Positions 11,471-20,033 of a stretch of DNA of 45,106 nt are shown here, one piece after another. Below the pieces are notes generated by a model, which saw nothing but the letters and a program-made list of their open reading frames with translations, ran no database searches and was not told the DNA's origin. Source of the DNA: a virus (Duplodnaviria > Heunggongvirae > Uroviricota > Caudoviricetes); the IMG/VR virus record IMGVR_UViG_2541047951_000008. One strand, given 5' to 3'. Numbering within the stretch: position 1 is the stretch's first letter; the number at the start of each line of letters is the position of its first letter. The translations under genes were made by a program, and so were the position numbers.

Positions 11471-12118
11471 TCAGCGACCAATCACCACAACCTGACCACC
11501 ATCCCCTTCGTCTGCCGTGCTGATCTCCTGAGAAACCACCCGCGACCCCACACGCATTTCACCGTACAGAACAGGCAGAACATTGCCCTGAGCAACCATG
11601 TTATCCAGTGAGGAAAAATAGGTGTTCTGTTTGCCGTTATCTGTACTGGCTGCCGTGGACGTCCTGGCTTTCGGTGCCAGCATCTGCGCCACACCGCCCA
11701 GGATCATACTGGCCCCTGCCGCATACATGCCCGATACAGCCGCGGCACCCAGCCAGCCCACAGGGTTCCACCATGCCACCGCAATCAACGCCGCCCCCAG
11801 CACCACCTGAAATACACCGCCACTTTTAGCTCCCGCCAGACGCGGCACGATATGGATCACGGCACCATTTGCCAGCGGCTCATTAAGACGGGCAGATAAT
11901 TCGGTTTCACCTGCATCACGCCCGGCAATGCGCACCTGATACCAGCCGTCATTCAGTTTCTGACGAAACGCCGGGAGCTGTGTGGCCAGCGCCCGGATGG
12001 CTTCGGCCCCCGTTTTCACACGAAGGTCGATGCGGCGACCAAATCGTTGCAAATCCCCGTAAAGGCAGATGCGTGCCATGCCCGGTGACGCCAGAGGGAG
12101 TGTGTGCGTCGCTGCCAT
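11471..12118 (-). CDS. I: Tail assembly protein I
   Basis: MAATHTLPLASPGMARICLYGDLQRFGRRIDLRVKTGAEAIRALATQLP... and C-terminus ...GQVVVIGR match lambda gpI. Confidence 0.9.
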   Translation of the reverse strand: MAATHTLPLASPGMARICLYGDLQRFGRRIDLRVKTGAEAIRALATQLPAFRQKLNDGWYQVRIAGRDAGETELSARLNEPLANGAVIHIVPRLAGAKSGGVFQVVLGAALIAVAWWNPVGWLGAAAVSGMYAAGASMILGGVAQMLAPKARTSTAASTDNGKQNTYFSSLDNMVAQGNVLPVLYGEMRVGSRVVSQEISTADEGDGGQVVVIGR

Positions 12119-12759
12119 TTGTCGGTATACCTCTCTCGTTTGCTCAGTTGTTCAGGAATATGGTGCAGCAGCTCGCCGTCACCACAGTAAATGGCGGCAT
12201 GATTCGGCACCGATGAACCAAAACAGCACAGCAGCACATCGCCCGGCTGCGCCGCTGACAACGGCACCTGATACAGCCCTGTGGCCTCCAGATTATCCAG
12301 ATAGAGATTCTGACCGTGACGCCACCAGTCATCCCCGCGATGAAAATCCGGCATCTCAATCCCCGCCAGATGATAAGCATCCCGGAACAGCGTGTAACAG
12401 TCCGTCACCCCGTGCTCAAAGCGCCGCCCGGTAAGATGCGGCACACAGCGGAATTTATGAATCTCACCCCGGCAGACCAGCCACCACAGCAAATCACTCT
12501 GCACCTGCAGCCGCCGGTCGGCCTCACTCAGCCAGGGCAGACCACCGGGGTGGCTGTGGACCAGCGCCACAATCTCACCCTGCATCTCTGCCCGCAGCCA
12601 GTCCTCCGGCGACATCCGGAAATACGCCTCCGGCTCACCGGAGATATTCACGCAGGGAAAATATCTTTCCCCCTCCGGCGTTCTCACCACGAAGCCGCAC
12701 GACTCCGCTGGCGCACATCGCCGGGCGTGCGCCAGAATCGCTGATTCTGTCTGTGTCAT
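12016..12759 (-). CDS. K: Tail tip assembly protein K (JAB/MPN + NlpC/P60-like)
   Basis: Lambda gpK-like MTQTESAILAHARRCAPAESCGFVV...; HSHPGG JAMM-like motif; C-terminus ...DLVAASTFV; start chosen at the MTQTES Met (track ORF extends to 12834); 3-prime end overlaps I as in lambda. Confidence 0.85.
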   Translation of the reverse strand: MTQTESAILAHARRCAPAESCGFVVRTPEGERYFPCVNISGEPEAYFRMSPEDWLRAEMQGEIVALVHSHPGGLPWLSEADRRLQVQSDLLWWLVCRGEIHKFRCVPHLTGRRFEHGVTDCYTLFRDAYHLAGIEMPDFHRGDDWWRHGQNLYLDNLEATGLYQVPLSAAQPGDVLLCCFGSSVPNHAAIYCGDGELLHHIPEQLSKRERYTDKWQRRTHSLWRHRAWHASAFTGICNDLVAASTFV

Positions 12760-12763
12760 GGGA

Positions 12764-13462
12764 TTACTGCGAAAGTTTGTTAATGGAAAGGAAGCCGCCA
12801 AAGTTGCCGACGTTATTGCGAAACTTACAACCACTCAGGCATTTGCTGCATTTATCCTTCGTGATATCGGACGTCGGCTGGTCATATTCATCCGCGACAG
12901 CCGGACCGTGATAACCGCACTCATCACCGCGATAGGTCCAGGTGCAGGTATTAGCCAGCATGATGCGCCCCGGAAAAACAGCACCGTCCGTTTCCGTCGG
13001 CGTGGACAGTACAAAAGAGGCACTGACCGCGCTCAGTTCGCTGCACTGCTCGATGCGCCAGCGGCTGATCACCTCCTGCTCCGGATCGGCGTCACTGTTT
13101 CCGTTGACGAAGTTCACCGCATCCAGAAAACGGGCGTAAACCTTACGCCTGACCACCGTTCCGCCGACCAGACTCTGCAGGTCTTCCGCCATCCCGGTGA
13201 CCATTCCGTGCAGGTTAGAAACCGTCAGTGTCGGACGGGCAGCACTGCCCTTGCCGTTCAGTTCAAATCCCGTCCCCTGAATGGGGTATGCCTGATACTG
13301 CCGCCCCTGCCAGGTAACCGGCTCACCTTTTTCGTTCTGCTCATTACAGAAAAAATAACGTTCACCACCGACCTCTGTCAGATCGATTTCCCAGAGCACC
13401 GCCTGGGCTGACTGAGTGAGGCGTGTCGTCTCATGATGTGTTTCCTGTGGAATATCCTGCAT
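12764..13462 (-). CDS. L: Minor tail protein L
   Basis: MQDIPQETHHETTRLTQSAQAVLWEIDLTEVGGERYFFCNE... with C-terminal Cys cluster (CSKCLSGCKF) matching lambda gpL. Confidence 0.9.
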   Translation of the reverse strand: MQDIPQETHHETTRLTQSAQAVLWEIDLTEVGGERYFFCNEQNEKGEPVTWQGRQYQAYPIQGTGFELNGKGSAARPTLTVSNLHGMVTGMAEDLQSLVGGTVVRRKVYARFLDAVNFVNGNSDADPEQEVISRWRIEQCSELSAVSASFVLSTPTETDGAVFPGRIMLANTCTWTYRGDECGYHGPAVADEYDQPTSDITKDKCSKCLSGCKFRNNVGNFGGFLSINKLSQ

Positions 13463-13471
13463 CAGAGCCTC

Positions 13472-13801
13472 CTATGCCACGACCTGTTCAAAATCTGCCG
13501 TTATGGTTACCCACAACGCCCCCACGCTTGCCGACCATTTACGACAAACCACCCTGATCGGCTTCCAGTCATAAGGTGGCGTCCACTGAAATGCGCGGAC
13601 GCCACCGTGCCGTTCCAGAAAGGATTTTAAAGATGGGTGTTCACATTTACGAACACGTATCGTCACGCTGTAAGTCGACAACTGGTTATTCAGTCCCGCC
13701 GCACGACGCTGTTCATAACCATCGCCCAGCTTCACTGTCACCACTTTCGGCTCTGATACCACATTCATATCCGGGCGCACTTTCCAGTGAAACGTCTCCA
13801 T
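13472..13801 (-). CDS. M: Minor tail protein M
   Basis: METFHWKVRPDMNVVSEPKVVTVKLGDGYEQRRAAGLN... matches lambda gpM. Confidence 0.9.
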   Translation of the reverse strand: METFHWKVRPDMNVVSEPKVVTVKLGDGYEQRRAAGLNNQLSTYSVTIRVRKCEHPSLKSFLERHGGVRAFQWTPPYDWKPIRVVCRKWSASVGALWVTITADFEQVVA

Positions 13802-16800
13802 TACCGATATGCTCCACTTAACCGACCACCATCACGGGCCTGCTGTTGCATAAAGTCCGCTGCCGCTTTTTTCCCAAGGTCATAAACCACCTTCAGGGCA
13901 GCAGGACCTATCTGCCCGTTCGTGCCATCGTTATTGATCTCGATGTTGTACTGCGGGGCAAACATCGCCATACCTGAACCACCAATATCCGCCACAACCC
14001 CCAGCTTACCGTCAGCACCACGACGCAGTGGCAGAATGGCTTCAGGTCCAGCTTCCCCCATCACACCCGCGCCTTTTGCAAAAGCAAAAAACGTCGGACG
14101 GTTAACCACCGTGCCACTGTAGCGACTCAAATCAGCCGACTGATAAACACCGCCATCAGCATTGGCTACAAAATCAAAAGGCAGCGCGGAAGCAATGCCT
14201 TTTACCGCTTTCATTAAAGCTATCTGAGCCATGATTCTGGACATATCTGACAGCACAGAAGAGGTGAAGGATTTGAAATTGAGTTTGCCTGTAGTACAGA
14301 ATGTCGCCAGCCAGTCACTCATGCTACTGAACGCAGACGTGAACAACTGTTCCACTGTCCCGGCTGTGTTATCCGCATTCTCAGTGACATTCTGGAGTGC
14401 ACGCAGGACTCCGTTTTTCCAATTACCCTGAGCAATTTCAAGCCGTTGCCAGTAACGGCGATTCTCATTCAGTTGTCGGTTCAGACTCTCCGTCAGCGCC
14501 TGCTCGGCCTTTCTGTAGTCATCCGTGTTATATGTCCCTTTCTGCTCACTATCCCGCCTCAACTGCTCCAGCTGTTGCTGGTATTTCTGGCGAAGACTCA
14601 GTTGTACCTGATATCGCTGCCGCTGCTGATCACCCATACCCACCGTGGCGATATCCAGGTCATGTTGCTGACGCTGAGCGCGCTCTTCTTCAGCCAGTTG
14701 ACTGGTCAGCTGAATTGTTTTTTTCTTCAGATCGTTGAGTGCCGTCTGTTTCTGAAGCTCCTGCTGTTTTACATCCAGCAGCGTCAGTGCCTGAATCAGT
14801 TCATCTTTACGGGCCAGCACACTCTTTTCATCTGCCGTCAGTTTTTTCCCGTCCAGATCGCTGATGCGCTGCTGCAGAGCCAGAAGCTGTTTATGCGCTT
14901 CTGTCATCTTTTCAGTGGCAATGCCTGCTGACTGTCTTGCAGCAGCAATCTGTCCTTCCACCTGTGCCTGTTGCTGACTGTACTGCAGCAATAACCGGGT
15001 GGCCTCATCATTACGGGTTTCGCGTGTTTTTTTCTTACCGGATGCCAGGGCTTTCTCGTAACGTTCATTTTCACGTTGTATCGCCGCATCCCTGACAGCC
15101 TGATCGGCGTACTGCATGGCATTAATACGCGCAATTTCACGCTGATGTCGTGCAGCTTCCGTTTCATTCATCCGGTTCAGTGCAGCATTTTCAGCATTAC
15201 GGCGTTTCTGTTGCTCCTGATAATTCCGCTCTGCCTGCTCTTTTGCATCCTGCAAATCCTTCTGGCGTTTTTTCTCCTGAAGATCGTTAAGACGCTGCTG
15301 ATCGTATTCAACCTGAGAAGATGATGCCGTCCAGGGGAGTCTTTTCGCCCGCGACACTTTCTCCTGCAAAGTGGCAATCTGCGCATCCAGCGAATCTTCA
15401 CGACCAATATTCATGGCCGCATCCCAGAACTGCTTCCACCAGTCAGACAAAGTTTGCAGCGTACTGCCCAGCGCATTGAGGTTATTATCAATATCCGCAG
15501 TACGCCGACCGGTTTCCTCTGCCAGTGCAGACATGGCTATCCGTGCCGCATCACTGGACCGCCCCTGCTCTCCAAGGACGCGTATCTGCTCAAGCTGAGT
15601 GGCAGTAAGAAAATGCAGCTCATTGTCCAGAGACTTCGCGGCATTTACAGGATCATCCTTCAGCCGCTTAAACTGATTTATGGTATCGCTGACCGACTGG
15701 CCAACCGATCGCTCCATCTGTGCGGCAGCTCTCGCCACCATACCGATATCGTTTCCACGAAATGCACCACTCCCCACCACCTGAGCCAGCGCACCGGCTG
15801 CAGCATGTTGCGTGATACCATTCCCGGAAATAGCACGACTGAGCGTCCACAGCTGCCCGGCAGTGACTCCGGCATAATGCCCCGTCAGCGACAGCTGGCG
15901 GTTAAATTCTTCCCCCTCCTTCTGACCGTCATACCAGGCTTTACCCAGGCCATAGACAGCCGCGGCAATACCGCCAATAACCCCGCCAAGCATCATGCCT
16001 TTCGGTGACATCAATGTGTCTATCCACCCGGCACGGTTAGCCAGCGTTATTCCGGATCCCCTCAGCGCACCTAAATTTCCGCGGGCCAGTTCACCTATCA
16101 GAACGCCTATCTCCTGACGGGCCGCTGCACTTTTCAGCCCCAGCGAATGCGTGGCTTTTCCTGCCTGCTCCATTTTGCGGATATACACTTCTGCAGCACT
16201 GCTTACCCCCAGCTGGGCAGCCTTGGCACGAAGCAACTCAGAAGAAGAAAGATTCTGGCGGGTTGCCTGCTCTTTAAGCTGACGGATAAACGCCACTTTC
16301 TGTCGGGTAGCCTCTTCCTCAGCCTGTGTAAGAACACGGGTTTTCGCCGTAACCTCAGAAATCAGCGCCAGATAATCCTGCTGACCAATCCCGCCACTGT
16401 TTCTGGCCTGTCGGATCTGCTGCTGAATACGCTGTAATTCCTGCAGACCCGCACTGGCCTGTTTCACACTGTCAATCTGACGATAAAACGCAGCAGCCGC
16501 TTTATCCTGAGCCTCCGCCAGAGCCATGGCCTGCGCCTGTTCCTCGCGCATTTTCTGGCTCAGCGCCTCCATACGCTGGCGGGTTTTCTCCACCTCGCGG
16601 GCCATGCGTTCATGAGCCTGTGCGTTCTTCTCCACCGTCTGCGCATGGACGGATGCGGCTGTTGCAGCCGAAGACGCCGCCTGCGTTGTCTGCCGGGCGG
16701 CCTGAGTCTGACGCTCCATAAAACGCTGCATACGGGCAGAAGACCGTTCTGCATCGCTGGCTGCACCATTCAGAAGGTTTTTGATACGGGGGATTTCATT

Positions 16801-16887
16801 TTTAAACTCTGCCGCATCAATCCCCAAATCAATGACCAGGTTGGCTATCTGGTCCATAACGCACACCTCCGGAAATACCTTCCCCAA
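13801..16887 (-). CDS. H: Tail tape measure protein (gpH-like, 1028 aa)
   Basis: Long coiled-coil-rich protein; C-terminus ...INNDGTNGQIGPAALKVVYDLGKKAAADFMQQQARDGGRLSGAYR closely resembles the lambda gpH C-terminus; position between G/T and M. True start may be an internal Met near 16857. Confidence 0.9.
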   Translation of the reverse strand: MGKVFPEVCVMDQIANLVIDLGIDAAEFKNEIPRIKNLLNGAASDAERSSARMQRFMERQTQAARQTTQAASSAATAASVHAQTVEKNAQAHERMAREVEKTRQRMEALSQKMREEQAQAMALAEAQDKAAAAFYRQIDSVKQASAGLQELQRIQQQIRQARNSGGIGQQDYLALISEVTAKTRVLTQAEEEATRQKVAFIRQLKEQATRQNLSSSELLRAKAAQLGVSSAAEVYIRKMEQAGKATHSLGLKSAAARQEIGVLIGELARGNLGALRGSGITLANRAGWIDTLMSPKGMMLGGVIGGIAAAVYGLGKAWYDGQKEGEEFNRQLSLTGHYAGVTAGQLWTLSRAISGNGITQHAAAGALAQVVGSGAFRGNDIGMVARAAAQMERSVGQSVSDTINQFKRLKDDPVNAAKSLDNELHFLTATQLEQIRVLGEQGRSSDAARIAMSALAEETGRRTADIDNNLNALGSTLQTLSDWWKQFWDAAMNIGREDSLDAQIATLQEKVSRAKRLPWTASSSQVEYDQQRLNDLQEKKRQKDLQDAKEQAERNYQEQQKRRNAENAALNRMNETEAARHQREIARINAMQYADQAVRDAAIQRENERYEKALASGKKKTRETRNDEATRLLLQYSQQQAQVEGQIAAARQSAGIATEKMTEAHKQLLALQQRISDLDGKKLTADEKSVLARKDELIQALTLLDVKQQELQKQTALNDLKKKTIQLTSQLAEEERAQRQQHDLDIATVGMGDQQRQRYQVQLSLRQKYQQQLEQLRRDSEQKGTYNTDDYRKAEQALTESLNRQLNENRRYWQRLEIAQGNWKNGVLRALQNVTENADNTAGTVEQLFTSAFSSMSDWLATFCTTGKLNFKSFTSSVLSDMSRIMAQIALMKAVKGIASALPFDFVANADGGVYQSADLSRYSGTVVNRPTFFAFAKGAGVMGEAGPEAILPLRRGADGKLGVVADIGGSGMAMFAPQYNIEINNDGTNGQIGPAALKVVYDLGKKAAADFMQQQARDGGRLSGAYR

Positions 16888-17158
16888 GATGCATCAGTTC
16901 TTCGTCCGTTCGCTCCGGTATCCCGTTCTCTTCCGGTAAAAGGCTGAAATCAGCCACCGCAGCATCACTGCTGCCGGACACCATTCTCACGATCAATGCC
17001 TTCAGCGAGGCAAACTGCGCATCCATCCACACATCACTGAAGCTCTGCATCCGGAAATAATCGCCCCACTCACCAAGCTCAGTGGCCGACATTTCCGACA
17101 GCATCCGCCGCCAGTCTGCCCGCCGGAACTCCCGGGCAAGCCGCATGACAAACTGCAT
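16829..17158 (-). CDS. T segment of tail assembly chaperone GT (-1 frame relative to G; expressed by programmed frameshift)
   Basis: ORF in the -1 frame overlapping the 3-prime end of G; near-canonical slippery site CCGGAAAAG just before the G stop (about 17173-17181); arrangement conserved for lambda G/GT. Confidence 0.6.
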   Translation of the reverse strand: MQFVMRLAREFRRADWRRMLSEMSATELGEWGDYFRMQSFSDVWMDAQFASLKALIVRMVSGSSDAAVADFSLLPEENGIPERTDEELMHLGEGISGGVRYGPDSQPGH

Positions 17159-17166
17159 TTCCCGCG

Positions 17167-17553
17167 TCAGGACTTTTCCGGCGTCAGCGCCTCATGCTCA
17201 TCATCCCCGGCATTATCAATGGCCCCCATACCGCTCAGCGACAGAACCATCTCCGCCCCCGCACCCAGGGCATCATACGACCATGTTGTAATAACGGATG
17301 CGCAAAGCGTCTCTACATCCTTAGACTGATCCGCATTCCACAGTGAGCGGGAAACCAGCCAGGCATTGATATCCATCCCCATCCGCAGAAAAGCAATCTG
17401 TCGTTCAGCCTCCGGCAGTTCTCCCTCACCGGCATCAAACTTTGCCGTTCGCTGCTGAACAAACGCCAGATATTCAATTCTCTGCAACCCGGACAGCTCA
17501 CTGAGCACCACGGACTGTTTTTCATAATTAAACGTGCCCTGTTTCAGAAACAT
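17167..17553 (-). CDS. G: Tail assembly chaperone G
   Basis: MFLKQGTFNYEKQSVVLSELSGLQRIEYLAF... resembles lambda gpG (MFLKTESFEHNGVTVTLSELSALQRIEHLA); located between V and H. Confidence 0.8.
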   Translation of the reverse strand: MFLKQGTFNYEKQSVVLSELSGLQRIEYLAFVQQRTAKFDAGEGELPEAERQIAFLRMGMDINAWLVSRSLWNADQSKDVETLCASVITTWSYDALGAGAEMVLSLSGMGAIDNAGDDEHEALTPEKS

Positions 17554-17613
17554 CATGTTCTCCACCTGCAAAAAAGCCCCGGATAACCGGGGCAAATGAT
17601 GAGTATCGTCCTG

Positions 17614-18357
17614 TTAACCTGCGGCGCTGACAGTCACCGCAGCCACAGCCACAAAATTCCCGTCAGCGGTCATGCCCACAATGCTGACACTGCCCTGCTT
17701 CACGCCTTTCACCGTGGCCACAAGCCCGTTCAGGGTCACCGTGGCAGTCTGTGGATCTGACGAATGCACACTGATCGCTTTGTCACTGGCTCCGTCAGGT
17801 TTTACTGTAAAGGTCAGCGTGGTGGTTGCTCCCACTTTTACACTGGCAGATGCCGGTGCCACCGTCAGCCCGGTAACGCTCACTGTTTCAGTGCCTTCCT
17901 CTGCCAGATACGGACGCCCCACACCGCTGATTTTCACAGTGCGGGTCATCACGTCTTTTGAGGCAATGGTTTTACCCAGTGAACTCAGCCAGCCACGGAA
18001 AACATCAACAGTACCGTTGGGATATTTGATACGAAACGCGCAGACTTCACCGGAGTCGAACAACTGAACCAGTTTTTTCTGCCCGCTGTCACCCGGACGC
18101 CAGGCCAGCGTCGCCGAAGTATCACCGACTGATTTCTGCCCCTGGGTTGTCGTTTTCCAGTCTGCATCTTCATCATCGAGATAAGTATCATCTTCTGCAT
18201 CAGCGGTCATTTCGCCAGGTTGCAGATCCTTCACCATCGCAAGACGCAGCCAGTCAGTGTCCGACAAAGGGTTCGCAAATGCGTCGCCGTTGCCGGTATA
18301 CATCCAGAACGTCGTCCCCGCACCTTTCGTCTTTGCCAGTGGATTTGGTGTGGTCAT
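17614..18357 (-). CDS. V: Major tail protein V (with C-terminal Ig-like domain)
   Basis: From MTTPNPLAKTKGAGTTFWMY... matches lambda gpV (NPLSDxDW, YLDDEDADW, FPNGTVDVFRGW); track ORF extends 25 codons further upstream. Confidence 0.9.
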   Translation of the reverse strand: MTTPNPLAKTKGAGTTFWMYTGNGDAFANPLSDTDWLRLAMVKDLQPGEMTADAEDDTYLDDEDADWKTTTQGQKSVGDTSATLAWRPGDSGQKKLVQLFDSGEVCAFRIKYPNGTVDVFRGWLSSLGKTIASKDVMTRTVKISGVGRPYLAEEGTETVSVTGLTVAPASASVKVGATTTLTFTVKPDGASDKAISVHSSDPQTATVTLNGLVATVKGVKQGSVSIVGMTADGNFVAVAAVTVSAAG

Positions 18358-18367
18358 TGCCACCTCC

Positions 18368-18781
18368 TTAATTCGTGTACGTGATCTGGTACGTGATTTC
18401 CGCCATCGCCCAGGTGGCCATCTCATTATCACGTTGATAGTTAAAACCGAGTGGGATCAGGGTGTCGATGAGTCCGGAAAGTGCCGGTACATCATTCAGG
18501 GCCGGGAAAATGGTGCTCTCCATCCACATATCCAGCTCTGAATCCGGTGCCTGTGCCCGGATGAAGACAGCAATATGCAGAACAGCCTGCCAGTCATCTT
18601 CATCCGTCATTTTTCCGGTGTACTGAGCATCACTCAGCCACACCGCCACGGCAGGCAGTTCCTGCGCATCAACAAATGCCGGAAGCCCGTCAAAAAACGT
18701 GGCGCTGTCTCCACACTGTTCCCGAAGGCGTGCCAGTACGACCTGGCGGATTTGTGTATGTCGGTTCATCGGGTCAGCCAT
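18368..18781 (-). CDS. U: Tail terminator protein U
   Basis: ...GATFFDGxPAxxDxxxxPAVAVxL...YTG...PDSELDxWMES...PALS motif pattern shared with lambda gpU. Confidence 0.8.
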   Translation of the reverse strand: MADPMNRHTQIRQVVLARLREQCGDSATFFDGLPAFVDAQELPAVAVWLSDAQYTGKMTDEDDWQAVLHIAVFIRAQAPDSELDMWMESTIFPALNDVPALSGLIDTLIPLGFNYQRDNEMATWAMAEITYQITYTN

Positions 18782-19344
18782 AACCTCAGTTGTTGTTTCA
18801 GTGCATACCCCAGCTGTTTCGGCATTTCCGCAGCAATGATGCGGTCGCGGGCATCTTCAAATGCCTGTGTCATCGGTCCGGACAGCGGGATTTTCACCAC
18901 ATCAATGGGGTAACGATTTTTGCCATCAATACGCCGCATCACATGCCAGCGACCATTCGCCAGTTGCTGAATAAACGCATCCCGGAAAAGATATTTACCC
19001 ACCTTCAGCACACTGCCACGGTACTGCAGTTTTCCACCACGCCGGGCCAGTCTGACCCGGGCTGTCCCCAGCTTAATGGCGGGAAGATTGCCCCGGTTAA
19101 CGCGGATCCTGGCCGTCATTTTTCCTGACGGACTGGCTTTAAACACCCGGACACGCTGACGTACCAGTTTCAGGGGGATCCCTTTCACCTGGTTATCTCC
19201 CGCAACGGTATTCCCGGCAACCTGCCGGGTGGCAACCGAGACCGCTTTCTGTGCCACACGGTTTATCGCCCATGCGCTGGCCTGTGGCACCATACGGGTA
19301 TCAAGGCTGTTCAGATTGCGGATGGCATTCTCAAGCCCCTTCAT
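18766..19344 (-). CDS. Tail completion protein (gpZ-position)
   Basis: 192 aa (lambda gpZ is also 192 aa), located between FII-like and U genes; assignment by synteny and size. Confidence 0.55.
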   Translation of the reverse strand: MKGLENAIRNLNSLDTRMVPQASAWAINRVAQKAVSVATRQVAGNTVAGDNQVKGIPLKLVRQRVRVFKASPSGKMTARIRVNRGNLPAIKLGTARVRLARRGGKLQYRGSVLKVGKYLFRDAFIQQLANGRWHVMRRIDGKNRYPIDVVKIPLSGPMTQAFEDARDRIIAAEMPKQLGYALKQQLRLWLTR

Positions 19345-19355
19345 CCCACACCTCT

Positions 19356-19631
19356 TTACTCAATAAAGATCATTGGCTTACCGTTAAAGCGTTCATGCCG
19401 TGTGACCGTCCATTGTTGTCCGTCATAAACAACGCGATCCCCGCGCCGTGGGCGGTATCCCGAAGAAAACACCACCAGAGAGACCGCAGGTCCGGACAGA
19501 GCATTCAGCTCTGCCAGTGTTTCTCCCAGGATCACAGCCATATCGACATCATTAATCGAGGCTGTCTTTCCCATCTTTCTGACCGTGATCGCATCCATAC
19601 GCGCTGCCAACCGGGAAAAGGGATCAGACAT
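19356..19631 (-). CDS. Head-tail joining protein (gpFII-like)
   Basis: MSDPFSRLAARMDAITVRKMG... and ...PRRGDRVVYDGQQWTV resemble lambda FII (MADFDNLFDAAIARADETIRGYMG ... LRRGDTLTIGEENFWVDRV). Confidence 0.6.
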   Translation of the reverse strand: MSDPFSRLAARMDAITVRKMGKTASINDVDMAVILGETLAELNALSGPAVSLVVFSSGYRPRRGDRVVYDGQQWTVTRHERFNGKPMIFIE

Positions 19632-19992
19632 TGAGTTTTACCGGCACTTCTTCTGCACTGGTTCCGGCATCTGCCCAGACAACCCCGACCAGCGGATCAG
19701 AGCCGCTGTTAGTCAGCTGAACTTTTCCGGACTTCAGATAAACCTTCTTACCCGTTTTCATGTCATCCGTTTTCAGCTTAGGCAGCATAAACACACCTTC
19801 GGTCATGCCGTCGCCTGTTTCACCCTGTGGAATATCGGTCAGCGCCACCGCAAAAACATCGCCCACCTGCACCAGATCTCCGCTGCTGATGGCTGCACTG
19901 GCAACAATCGCCACCGTTTTTCCTTCTTCTACAAAATTCTTTGCCATAACTGTCTCCGCACAGCCCCGTTCAGGGGCTGATTTCAGGTACAA
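19624..19992 (-). CDS. Hypothetical phage head-associated protein (between capsid and FII-like gene)
   Basis: 122-aa ORF (probable start at MAKNF, aa 16) in the head-completion position; no lambda FI similarity seen. Confidence 0.45.
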   Translation of the reverse strand: MYLKSAPERGCAETVMAKNFVEEGKTVAIVASAAISSGDLVQVGDVFAVALTDIPQGETGDGMTEGVFMLPKLKTDDMKTGKKVYLKSGKVQLTNSGSDPLVGVVWADAGTSAEEVPVKLNV

Positions 19993-20033
19993 AAAAAGCC
20001 CTTACGGGCCATCAGAGTTGTTGTCTGCGACGT

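Noticed and set aside
14446-16008. Several plus-strand ORFs (161, 184 aa and others) within the tape measure gene
   Set aside because: Antisense to the tape measure gene, whose C-terminus matches lambda gpH; no RBS or operon context.
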